Below the pieces are notes generated by a model. That model saw nothing but the letters and a program-made list of their open reading frames with translations, ran no database searches and was not told the DNA's origin. A stretch of 64,000 bases of DNA from the sequence record PQ306573.1. One strand, 5' to 3'. Origin of the DNA: Escherichia phage vB_EcoM_PTE-Eco05. Shown piece after piece: positions 29,579 through 40,153 of the stretch. Numbering within the stretch: the stretch's first letter is position 1; each line of letters opens with the position of its first letter. Position numbers and translations under genes: made by a program.

Positions 29579-30289
29579 ATGGATTATTCTAAAATTTACA
29601 ATAACCTTATTTCTAAAGCTAAGAATAGAAAATTAGATTGCTATACCGAATCACACCATATTATACCTCTGTGTATTGGTGGTTCTGATACAAAGGAAAA
29701 CCTGGTAGATTTGACACCAGAAGAGCATTACATAGCTCATCAATTATTAGTAAAGATATATCCAGATAATCATAAATTGATATTTGCCGCTAATATGATG
29801 TGTGTTTATTCTAAAGATAATATTGAACGAAAGAACACCAATAAACGCCATGGGTGGCTTAGAAGAAAATTGGCTATTTCTGTATCTGAAAATAATAAAG
29901 GCAAACCAGCTTGGAACAAAGGTATTCCTATGTCTCCAGAAGTTAAATCTCGACTTCAAACATCTTGGGTGTTTACATTTCCGGATGGTCATGAGGAAAT
30001 TCATCGAGGTCTTAACGAATTTTGTAAAGAGCATAATTTAAATCCATCTGCAATGTCAGCCGTTTGTAAAGGTAAACGGGCGCATCACAAAGGATTTAAG
30101 TGTAAGAAATTGGATAAGATTTCAGAGCTTGATAATTTAGTTTTCGTCAGTAAACCTCATCCAAAGGGATTAAAACCCCATAACTTAATTGCTGTAAAAA
30201 TAAACGGTATAGAATATCAATCAATACATCGAGCATCTAAAGCTTTAGGAATTACTAGAAAAAAGGTAGAAGAATTAAATGAATATTGA
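29579..30289 (+). CDS. Free-standing HNH homing endonuclease (MobE/Hef-like) inserted within nrdA
   Basis: 236 aa; HNH motif ESHHIIPLCIGGSDTKENLVDLTPEEHYIAH; C-terminal HTH-like IEYQSIHRASKALGITRKKV; own RBS AAGAGGA. Confidence 0.85.
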   Translation: MDYSKIYNNLISKAKNRKLDCYTESHHIIPLCIGGSDTKENLVDLTPEEHYIAHQLLVKIYPDNHKLIFAANMMCVYSKDNIERKNTNKRHGWLRRKLAISVSENNKGKPAWNKGIPMSPEVKSRLQTSWVFTFPDGHEEIHRGLNEFCKEHNLNPSAMSAVCKGKRAHHKGFKCKKLDKISELDNLVFVSKPHPKGLKPHNLIAVKINGIEYQSIHRASKALGITRKKVEELNEY

Positions 30290-31268
30290 TTATGAATTTG
30301 TAGATGAATTTTACGAAGATGATGAGTATACTACAATAAAAGTTATTGAAAACAAGGGAGAAGTGGGGCTTTGTACTCTCTCTGCATTCGTATTAGATAA
30401 ATTTGATTGGCAAGACCAAGATAAAATTAATGAACTTGCTGAAGTACAAGTACGTGCACTTGATAACCTGTTAGACTATCAAGATTATCCGGTTCCAGAA
30501 GCTTTAAAAGCTAAAAAGCGTCGTAATCTTGGTGTTGGTGTTACGAACTATGCTGCATGGTTAGCTTCTAACTTTGCTTCATATGAAGACGCTAACGATT
30601 TGACTCATGAATTGTTTGAGAGATTGCAATATGGCCTTATCAAAGCATCAATCAAACTCGCCAAAGAAAAAGGATGTTGCGAGTATTATTCAGACACTAA
30701 ATGGTCTAGAGGCGAATTACCTATCGACTGGTACAATAAAAAGATTGACCAAATCGCAGCCCCGAACTACGTCTGTGACTGGGAAGAACTTCGAGCTGAA
30801 CTCAAAGAACATGGAATTCGTAACTCAACGTTGTCTGCACTCATGCCTTGTGAGTCAAGCAGTCAAGTATCGAACTCTACAAACGGGATTGAGCCCCCAC
30901 GTGGTCCAGTAAGTATTAAAGAATCTAAAGAAGGCAACTTCCGACAGGTTGTTCCTAATATCGAACATAACATGAGTCTTTACGACTACGCGTGGAAACT
31001 TGCTAAGAAAGGTAATAAACCTTATTTGACCCAAGTTGCTATCATGTTGAAATGGGTGTGCCAATCTGCTTCTGCTAATACTTACTACGACCCTGCAGTA
31101 TTTGAGAAAGGTAAAGTGCCAATGTCAGTAATGCTTGACGATCTGCTTTACTTCTGGTACTTTGGCGGAAAAAACCTCTACTATCATAACACCCGTGATG
31201 GGTCAGGTACAGATGACTATGAATTAGAAACACCTAAAGCTGAAGATTGCTCTGCTTGTAAGCTTTAA
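30279..31268 (+). CDS. nrdA: Ribonucleotide reductase large subunit, C-terminal piece (NrdA-b)
   Basis: 329 aa; GLCTLSAF (E. coli C462 equivalent), C-terminal CSACKL redox tail; ATG embedded in HNH gene 3' end with AAGGTAG RBS. Confidence 0.85.
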   Translation: MNIDYEFVDEFYEDDEYTTIKVIENKGEVGLCTLSAFVLDKFDWQDQDKINELAEVQVRALDNLLDYQDYPVPEALKAKKRRNLGVGVTNYAAWLASNFASYEDANDLTHELFERLQYGLIKASIKLAKEKGCCEYYSDTKWSRGELPIDWYNKKIDQIAAPNYVCDWEELRAELKEHGIRNSTLSALMPCESSSQVSNSTNGIEPPRGPVSIKESKEGNFRQVVPNIEHNMSLYDYAWKLAKKGNKPYLTQVAIMLKWVCQSASANTYYDPAVFEKGKVPMSVMLDDLLYFWYFGGKNLYYHNTRDGSGTDDYELETPKAEDCSACKL

Positions 31269-31323
31269 GACTTTTGATTATAATTTACTCATGGATGAGT
31301 TAATAACTAAGTGAGAAAATATA

Positions 31324-31999
31324 ATGAGTACAGTTTTTAATACACAACAAGTCGATGTTTTGAACGAACCGATGTTCTTTGGTTCTGGTCTTGGTCTTGC
31401 ACGGTATGATATTCAGCGTCATAAAGTTTTTGAAGAACTTATAGAAAAATCCTTGTCATTTTTCTGGCGCCCCGAAGAGGTAAACTTAATGTTGGACTCT
31501 GCACAGTTCAATAAGCTTCCTCAGTTCCAACAGGACATCTTTACAAACAATCTTAAGTATCAATCATTATTGGATTCTATCCAAGGCAGGGCCCCATCTG
31601 CGGTACTTATGGCACTGCTTTCCGACCCTTCATTAGATACGTGGGTTGCAACATGGACATTCAGTGAAACTATTCACTCTCGTTCATATACTCATATTAT
31701 GCGAAATCTTTATACCGATCCATCCAAAGTATTTGATGAGATTGTATTAGACGAAGCAATCATGAAACGAGCTGAATCAATAGGTAAATATTACGATGAT
31801 GTTCTAGTCAAGACTCGTAATTGGGAAAATGCTAAAGAATTTGTAGAACTAGCTAAAGAATCTCCTGATGCCGACTTTCGTTTAAACCGAGCTATTAAAC
31901 AAGAAGCCGAAGCTAAACGTGCTTTAATGAAATCTCTTTACCTCTGTTTGCACGTTATTAATGCCTTAGAAGCTATTCGTTTTTATGTATCTTTTGCGT
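31324..31999 (+). CDS. nrdB: Ribonucleotide reductase small subunit, exon 1
   Basis: Ends ...EAIRFYVSFA + first nt of Cys codon; in-frame TAA at intron start. Confidence 0.85.
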
Positions 32000-33090
32000 A
32001 AAATGCGCCTTTAAACGGTAACGTTTATCGAAAACTCCTTTAATTGCTGGAAAGTCCTTTATAGGAAAACTAGCAGCCAAGGTTTTGCTTGCACCTTTAA
32101 TTAGTATAATATAAATATGATTATACTTTTAAGAGGATGCACAATTGAACTATAGAAAAATTTGGATAGATGCTAACGGACCTATACCTAAAGATTCTGA
32201 TGGAAGAACATACGAAATCCATCATAAAGACGGTAACCGTGAAAATAATGATTTAGATAATTTGATGTGCCTTTCTATACAGGAACATTATGATATACAT
32301 TTAGCTCAAAAAGATTACCAGGCTTGTCATGCTATAAAGCTTAGAATGAAATATTCTCCTGAAGAAATTTCTGAATTAGCTTCTAAAGCCGCAAAATCTA
32401 GAGAAATCCAGATTTTTAATATCCCTGAAGTACGAGCTAAAAATATTGCCTCTATTAAATCTAAGATAGAAAATGGTACATTTCATCTTTTAGACGGTGA
32501 AATACAGCGTAAATCTAATTTAAATAGAGTTGCATTAGGTATACATAATTTTCAACAAGCTGAGCATATTGCAAAAGTTAAAGAACGCAATATTGCAGCT
32601 ATAAAAGAAGGTACTCATGTATTTTGCGGTGGTAAAATGCAGTCAGAAACTCAATCAAAACGGGTAAATGACGGTTCACATCATTTCTTGTCAGAAGACC
32701 ATAAGAAAAGAACATCAGCAAAAACATTAGAAATGGTTAAGAACGGAACCCATCCTGCACAAAAAGAAATCACATGTGATTTCTGCGGTCACATTGGTAA
32801 AGGTCCTGGATTTTATCTAAAACATAATGACAGATGTAAATTAAATCCAAATAGAATTCAATTGAATTGTCCATATTGTGATAAGAAAGATTTATCACCA
32901 TCAACATATAAACGATGGCACGGCGACAATTGCAAAGCAAGGTTCAACGACTAGTCTTCGGACGTAGGGTCAAGCGACTCGAAATGGGGAGAATCCCTCT
33001 GGGATTGTGATATAGTCTGGTCTGCATAGTAATATGTAGCAGTTCATAAGAGAACGGGTTGAGAATTAGCGAGCTCAATCGAACATAACG
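32000..33090 (+). ncRNA. nrdB group I intron (~1091 nt) carrying full-length I-TevIII
   Basis: Exons 31999/33091 rejoin to give FAC-TFNFHKNMEIMEGNAK; intron 3' end GAACATAACG resembles the td intron 3' end; boundaries inferred. Confidence 0.75.
32145..32954 (+). CDS. I-TevIII: HNH-family homing endonuclease I-TevIII (full length, 269 aa)
   Basis: TTG start 7 nt after AAGAGGA RBS; EIHHKDGNRENNDLDNLMCLSIQEH HNH motif; C-terminal Cys-rich zinc finger; inside nrdB intron. Confidence 0.8.
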   Translation: MNYRKIWIDANGPIPKDSDGRTYEIHHKDGNRENNDLDNLMCLSIQEHYDIHLAQKDYQACHAIKLRMKYSPEEISELASKAAKSREIQIFNIPEVRAKNIASIKSKIENGTFHLLDGEIQRKSNLNRVALGIHNFQQAEHIAKVKERNIAAIKEGTHVFCGGKMQSETQSKRVNDGSHHFLSEDHKKRTSAKTLEMVKNGTHPAQKEITCDFCGHIGKGPGFYLKHNDRCKLNPNRIQLNCPYCDKKDLSPSTYKRWHGDNCKARFND

Positions 33091-33593
33091 GTACCTTTAA
33101 CTTCCATAAGAACATGGAAATTATGGAAGGTAATGCAAAGATTATGAAGTTCATTGCTCGTGACGAACAACTCCATCTCAAGGGTACTCAGTACATTATC
33201 CGTCAACTTCAATCTGGTACTGATGGCGATGAGTGGGTTCAAATTGCTAAAGAATGTGAACAAGAAGCAGTTGACATTTTTATGGAAGTAAATCGTCAAG
33301 AGAAGGAATGGGCTGCACACCTCTTTAAAGACGGTACATGTCCAGGTATCAATACGCAGAGTATGTGTGCTTTTGTTGATTACTTGACTGTGTCTCGTAT
33401 GAAACAGTGTGGTTTGCCATGCCCAATCACTGATGCTCCGACCAAGCATCCGTATCCTTGGATTCGTGAATATCTTAACTCTGATTTAGTTCAAGCAGCT
33501 CCTCAGGAAGTTGAAATCAGTTCTTATCTTGTTGCACAAATTGATAATGATGTGGACCAAAATGTAATCAATTCATACAAAAAATATTTCTAA
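33091..33593 (+). CDS. nrdB: Ribonucleotide reductase small subunit, exon 2
   Basis: MEGNAKIMKFIARDEQLHL; exon 1 + exon 2 ~392 aa. Confidence 0.8.
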
Positions 33594-33597
33594 GGAC

Positions 33598-33611
33598 GGG
33601 ACTTCGGTCCC
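33598..33611 (+). terminator. UUCG-tetraloop hairpin downstream of nrdB (weak U tract)
   Basis: GGGAC-TTCG-GTCCC. Confidence 0.45.
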
Positions 33612-33619
33612 ACTTTATT

Positions 33620-34030
33620 ATGAAAGATATTGCCGCCGAATATTCCTTTATTAAATATATAGAATTGGAGCTATTAGAAGATGCAACAATTAAAACAGTT
33701 GATGTCCCTAATAAGAAAAATGTCATATATGCTATTGCTATAGATGACGAACTTGTGTATATTGGTAAAACCAAGAATTTAAAGAAACGCATTAACTATT
33801 ATCGAACAGCCATAAATCGAAAAGACCAGACTTCAGATTCAAGAAAATCACTTATGATTTTGGATGCCTTAATGCAAGGCAAAAAGGTTGAATTCTGGGC
33901 CCGCCAATGTTTTGACCTTTCAGTCACCAACGAACTTGGTTCAATGACCATCGCAACAATGGACCTTGAAGAACCACTTTTTATCAAAAAGTTCAACCCG
34001 CCTTGGAATATCCAACATAAGAAAAAGTAG
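33620..34030 (+). CDS. denA: Endonuclease II (DenA), GIY-YIG-like
   Basis: 136 aa; VYIGKTKNLKKRINYY motif; T4 DenA length and position. Confidence 0.85.
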   Translation: MKDIAAEYSFIKYIELELLEDATIKTVDVPNKKNVIYAIAIDDELVYIGKTKNLKKRINYYRTAINRKDQTSDSRKSLMILDALMQGKKVEFWARQCFDLSVTNELGSMTIATMDLEEPLFIKKFNPPWNIQHKKK

Positions 34031-34059
34031 TTTACATACCACAAGGATTGTGGTACAAT
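34030..34059 (+). promoter_or_regulatory. T4-type early promoter
   Basis: GTTTAC-N18-TACAAT; inverted repeat CCACAA/TTGTGG in spacer. Confidence 0.5.
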
Positions 34060-34076
34060 TTAAAAAAACTAACTGA

Positions 34077-35210
<1,134 letters not shown>

Positions 35211-35212
35211 TG

Positions 35213-35242
35213 GTTTACAAACACCAAGGAAGGTGTTACTAT
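35213..35242 (+). promoter_or_regulatory. T4-type early promoter
   Basis: GTTTAC-N18-TACTAT. Confidence 0.5.
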
Positions 35243-35272
35243 GGCTTTTATCAACAACATGAGGAGAAAATT

Positions 35273-35773
35273 ATGAATATGCAATTGATTACTAATGATA
35301 TGGTCGTAACCACTTTTGGAGACACAACTGACGGAATCCGGGTCTTTAAGAAAGGACGTCCAGTTGGTTATCTTACTGACCTCCGTGTTACACTGGCCAA
35401 AAATCTTAAAAAGAAAGTAAAACAAAAAGAGTATTCCACCCGATACGCTGAAGAGAAACGCGAAGCGATGCCGGAAGCAGTTAATGCCATGGTAGAATTT
35501 CTTCAAAACAATTTGACTAAATACGACGCTAATGTGTTTATTAATATTAGTCAACCAAACGTACATATCGCAGGTATAAAATTCTACATTATTTGCGACC
35601 CTCTTACCGACAAATTCAACCGCCTCGGAATTTCAAGCCCGTATCATACAGCAGAAGAGTTGTGTGTATTGTTTGAATCGTACAAAATCCAGTGTGATGG
35701 TTTGAAAACCGTTCTTATCAATGGATTATCCCGAGATGAAATCATTGAGATTATTAAAACATGCTTAAAGTAA
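35273..35773 (+). CDS. alc: Alc (host transcription unfolding/termination protein)
   Basis: 166 aa from ATG 35273 (GAGGAG RBS); position after rnlA; track ORF starts upstream at 35210. Confidence 0.7.
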   Translation: MNMQLITNDMVVTTFGDTTDGIRVFKKGRPVGYLTDLRVTLAKNLKKKVKQKEYSTRYAEEKREAMPEAVNAMVEFLQNNLTKYDANVFINISQPNVHIAGIKFYIICDPLTDKFNRLGISSPYHTAEELCVLFESYKIQCDGLKTVLINGLSRDEIIEIIKTCLK

Positions 35774-36117
35774 ATCCTATTTACGCTATAGTAGCAGCTT
35801 TTGCTCTAGTTTCTACGGTAACAATAGTTGTCTTAAACAACAAAGTTGATTCGTTGAATACTGAATTAGCTTCTGTCAAAGAGACTGCTAAAAACAATGC
35901 TAAAGTATTAGATGACTTCAAGGTTCAATATCAGTCAATCGAAGAAATGACTTATAAGAACCGTGTTTTAGTTGACCAACTTAAGGCTGAAAATGAAAAG
36001 CTCCGTAAGGATTCGAAGAAGAAGAACGTGGTGGCAAGTAAACCAGGATTGGTCGAAAAACAAATCAACAGGTCCTTCGATTCCTTTGCAGAAGACCTCA
36101 GGAAGCTCTCAGAATGA
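35761..36117 (+). CDS. Membrane-anchored coiled-coil protein (pseT.3 position)
   Basis: 118 aa; N-terminal TM helix IYAIVAAFALVSTVTIVVL then charged helical region. Confidence 0.45.
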   Translation: MLKVNPIYAIVAAFALVSTVTIVVLNNKVDSLNTELASVKETAKNNAKVLDDFKVQYQSIEEMTYKNRVLVDQLKAENEKLRKDSKKKNVVASKPGLVEKQINRSFDSFAEDLRKLSE

Positions 36118-36404
36118 TTAAATTAACCGCAGTTGTATTATCTATTGGCATTTTGGCTGGATGTGCCCAGGATGTGCTCTTAAGCCCTAAAGAAACTTTA
36201 CATCCGCCATGGCCTGAATCTATTGTTGAATATAACCAGAAATGGCAAGTAAAGGTTATTGATGGTAATCCGTGGGTTGGAATGCCATTTGAAGACTCTC
36301 AAGAATTTCGTATCTGGTTAAACGACGTAAAAAGATATGTACATGACCAGAAGACTATGTTATGTTATTATCGTAGTGGTTTAAAAGAGGAAAAATGCCA
36401 ATGA
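36114..36404 (+). CDS. Predicted lipoprotein (signal peptide with LAGC lipobox)
   Basis: 96 aa; MIKLTAVVLSIGILAGC; two further Cys. Confidence 0.5.
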   Translation: MIKLTAVVLSIGILAGCAQDVLLSPKETLHPPWPESIVEYNQKWQVKVIDGNPWVGMPFEDSQEFRIWLNDVKRYVHDQKTMLCYYRSGLKEEKCQ

Positions 36405-36619
36405 CTAAAGAACAGCATGAATACATTAAAGGGCTTATCTATGAATCTGAAATGGCGGCTATGATTTATGGACGCCAGATTCAACGATTAGAATCTTTGC
36501 CTCCGACTAATGACCGCTTGTTAGTTCAGTCTCGTGCTAATCTGAAAAATGAATATCAGAATAAGTGGGCAGTAGCGACTAAAGCTCTTCATGAGTATAT
36601 TGAATCTTTAGTAAAATAG
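36395..36619 (+). CDS. Hypothetical protein
   Basis: 74-aa ORF coupled to upstream ORF. Confidence 0.45.
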   Translation: MPMTKEQHEYIKGLIYESEMAAMIYGRQIQRLESLPPTNDRLLVQSRANLKNEYQNKWAVATKALHEYIESLVK

Positions 36620-36648
36620 TTTACAAACTCTCGGGAGCAGAGTATAAT
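36619..36648 (+). promoter_or_regulatory. T4-type early promoter
   Basis: GTTTAC-N18-TATAAT; inverted repeat GGAGCA/TGCTCC flanks -10. Confidence 0.5.
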
Positions 36649-36676
36649 GCTCCTATGGATAATTGAGGAAATCTAA

Positions 36677-36975
36677 ATGAAAACATTACTAGAGAATTAC
36701 ATCAAACGGTCTGATGAGTATATTGATATCTGCCGTGGAATGTCACTTGTAGATTATGGCAAAGATGCAGCAAAGGCACTAGATGAAGCAGGTAAAGCTC
36801 TTCGTAAAGCTGCTAAAGAAAAAGGGTTGGATTTGCAACAACTCAAAAGTCATATGATTAAATTTATTTCTTCAAACGTTAGAAGTACGTCAATTAATAA
36901 AAACGTTGCTGAAATTAATAAAGACCGGCGCGAGCATAACATTCGTATTCTTGAAACTTTCTTAGGAATAAAATA

Positions 36976-36976
<1 letters not shown>
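36677..36976 (+). CDS. Hypothetical protein
   Basis: 99-aa ORF. Confidence 0.45.
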
Positions 36977-38063
<1,087 letters not shown>

Positions 38064-38255
38064 ATGAAACGATTATATGAAGTGATTGAGGCCATCGAAC
38101 ATCATAAAGAATATTTGTTTGTAGCCTGGCCTTTAGTAAATGGACAGTTCGGTATTGATGTGCTGGACTATGAGCATGAAGAACGTTTGGACGGCGGTAT
38201 ATTTGATAACGTCGACCAGGCAATTGAATGGTTAAATGAAAACTATGTACGATAA
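38064..38255 (+). CDS. Hypothetical small protein
   Basis: 63-aa ORF directly after pseT stop. Confidence 0.4.
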   Translation: MKRLYEVIEAIEHHKEYLFVAWPLVNGQFGIDVLDYEHEERLDGGIFDNVDQAIEWLNENYVR

Positions 38256-38460
38256 ACATCATGAAATAGAAGATGAAGCATACAAAATGCTTCGTAAACT
38301 AGTGGGACTTAATATGAGTCCTACATTAATCAACAAACTCGCAGGAATTCGTAATGATCTGAATACTCGTTACAAAGGTGAATATCATGTAGAGTTTGTT
38401 CCTGTAGGTGAACCAACCGAGCGATTTGTTGTTCGAGTTAAAGTAAATACTGTGCACTGA
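38236..38460 (+). CDS. Hypothetical small protein
   Basis: 74-aa ORF. Confidence 0.4.
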   Translation: MKTMYDKHHEIEDEAYKMLRKLVGLNMSPTLINKLAGIRNDLNTRYKGEYHVEFVPVGEPTERFVVRVKVNTVH

Positions 38461-38467
38461 GGTAATT

Positions 38468-38743
38468 ATGTTCCCTAAATATTCTGAAATTGTAAAGGTA
38501 GTCTTCAGTCAGATTATTGCTAATAATATGTTTGAAGTGCTTGATAATGCAGCCGAACTCAGAGTTCATGCTCAACTAACTCATGTACTCAATGCTTTGC
38601 TCCCAGACCAAGTAGATTCTATTGCTATTACTCTTCTCCCTGGGTCTGCACACGTCATAGTGGTATTTGATCTTGACGGCGATTTAGTTATCCAATGTGA
38701 TATCAATTTCGGTACACAAAAAATTGAATGCAAAGCAATTTAA
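38468..38743 (+). CDS. Hypothetical small protein
   Basis: 91-aa ORF. Confidence 0.4.
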   Translation: MFPKYSEIVKVVFSQIIANNMFEVLDNAAELRVHAQLTHVLNALLPDQVDSIAITLLPGSAHVIVVFDLDGDLVIQCDINFGTQKIECKAI

Positions 38744-38745
38744 TG

Positions 38746-38775
38746 GTTTACAACATGGTGGAGTTGTGATACTAT
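38746..38775 (+). promoter_or_regulatory. T4-type early promoter
   Basis: GTTTAC-N18-TACTAT. Confidence 0.5.
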
Positions 38776-38803
38776 AACTCTACCAACAAATGAGGAAATA
38801 GAA

Positions 38804-39040
38804 ATGCTAAGTGAAAACCCAATTACAGTACACGAATTTCAGATTAAAGTAAAAGAATTTGCTCAAGCACTCATCAATAAAGTGTCTGAACGTTTCCAAG
38901 ATGCAACATTACGAGTTATTCAAGAATCTCCACGTTCTTTTCTCATAATCGTTAATCCTAAAGATGGTGACCAAATTACTAATCTTAAATTAGGCAGTGA
39001 TGGTCTTGTTGAAGCAACTCGAGTATATGGAACACTATAA
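38804..39040 (+). CDS. Hypothetical small protein
   Basis: 78-aa ORF with GAGGAAA RBS. Confidence 0.45.
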   Translation: MLSENPITVHEFQIKVKEFAQALINKVSERFQDATLRVIQESPRSFLIIVNPKDGDQITNLKLGSDGLVEATRVYGTL

Positions 39041-39160
39041 TGAGAGCTATCTCATTACTATCGAGAATGGTCATAAATCTGAGCACTACCAACTTAGCCT
39101 GTCTAATCCGGTTAAAGGTATTGTTGAATCAGAATCTGTTTATATCTCCTAAGGATTGTT

Positions 39161-40153
39161 ATGTTACCTGTCGTCAGAAAACTTATTTCTCCAAAAGAAC
39201 TGGCTGAGATTATTCCTTTGTCGGAAGCTTACGCATCACAAGTGGCTTCTCATCGCGAACAAGTTAATTCGATTATGAACGGTGAAGACCCACGCAAACT
39301 TATTGTTGTAGGTCCTTGTTCAATTCATGACCCTATTGCTGCTGTTGAATACGGCAAACGTCTGGCTGAACTTCAAACTCGTCTTCCTAATGTTCTGTTA
39401 GTGATGCGCGTTTATTTTGAAAAGCCTCGAACTACCGTAGGTTGGAAAGGTCTTGTAAATGATCCATATCTTGACGGAAGTTTTGATATGAACCACGGTC
39501 TTATAGTTGCACGAACATTGTGTCGTAAACTTCTACGTATGGGACTTCCATTAGCAACTGAAGTATTAGACCCATTCACGATTAAGTATCTTTCTGGTAT
39601 TTTCTCATGGGTTGCTATTGGCGCCCGTACGACTGAAAGTCAGACACATCGTGAAATTGCTTCAGGTCTACCGATGTGCGTAGGCTTCAAGAACGCAACC
39701 AATGGTTCTATTAAAGTAGCTACAGACGCGATGTATAGTGCCGCGCGGCCTCATCGGTATATGGGTATGGACGTCGATGGTACTGTAGGCATTGTTGAAG
39801 CTGAAGGTAATCAGAATACGCATATCGTATTGCGTGGCGGGACTAACGGCCCGAACTATCATTCTTCTGATATTCAAGAAGCTTCTAACAAAGCAAGTGC
39901 AGTAGGTCTGAATCATTATGTAATGGTTGACTGTAGCCATGCAAACGCTGCTGGGCATTATAGCAATCAAATTGGTATTGGTAAAAATTTAGCAGCTAAT
40001 GATTTGGTCAAAGGAATTATGATAGAATCATTCCTACATGAAGGAAATCAAAAAATTTCTGATAATATGTCCTATGGCGTTTCCGTTACTGATGCGTGCA
40101 TCAGTTGGGAACAAACTAAAGAGCTGTTAACTTATATTAATAAGGTTCAATAA
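39161..40153 (+). CDS. 3-deoxy-D-arabino-heptulosonate-7-phosphate (DAHP) synthase, class I (AroG/AroF/AroH-like)
   Basis: 330 aa; motifs VVGPCSIHD, MRVYFEKPRTTVGWKGL, IGARTTESQTHREIASGL, GFKN, RGG, DCSHAN, IESxLHEGNQ, ITDACISWE align with E. coli AroG. Confidence 0.85.
   Translation: MLPVVRKLISPKELAEIIPLSEAYASQVASHREQVNSIMNGEDPRKLIVVGPCSIHDPIAAVEYGKRLAELQTRLPNVLLVMRVYFEKPRTTVGWKGLVNDPYLDGSFDMNHGLIVARTLCRKLLRMGLPLATEVLDPFTIKYLSGIFSWVAIGARTTESQTHREIASGLPMCVGFKNATNGSIKVATDAMYSAARPHRYMGMDVDGTVGIVEAEGNQNTHIVLRGGTNGPNYHSSDIQEASNKASAVGLNHYVMVDCSHANAAGHYSNQIGIGKNLAANDLVKGIMIESFLHEGNQKISDNMSYGVSVTDACISWEQTKELLTYINKVQ

Noticed and set aside
28109-31268. Intein or group I intron explanation for the interrupted nrdA
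   Set aside because: The HNH ORF is in its own frame with its own RBS, the upstream nrdA piece ends in a stop codon, and the downstream piece starts with an RBS-equipped ATG overlapping the HNH stop. No protein-splicing signature and no space for an intron 3' core. Not excluded experimentally, so retained as an alternative in the finding.
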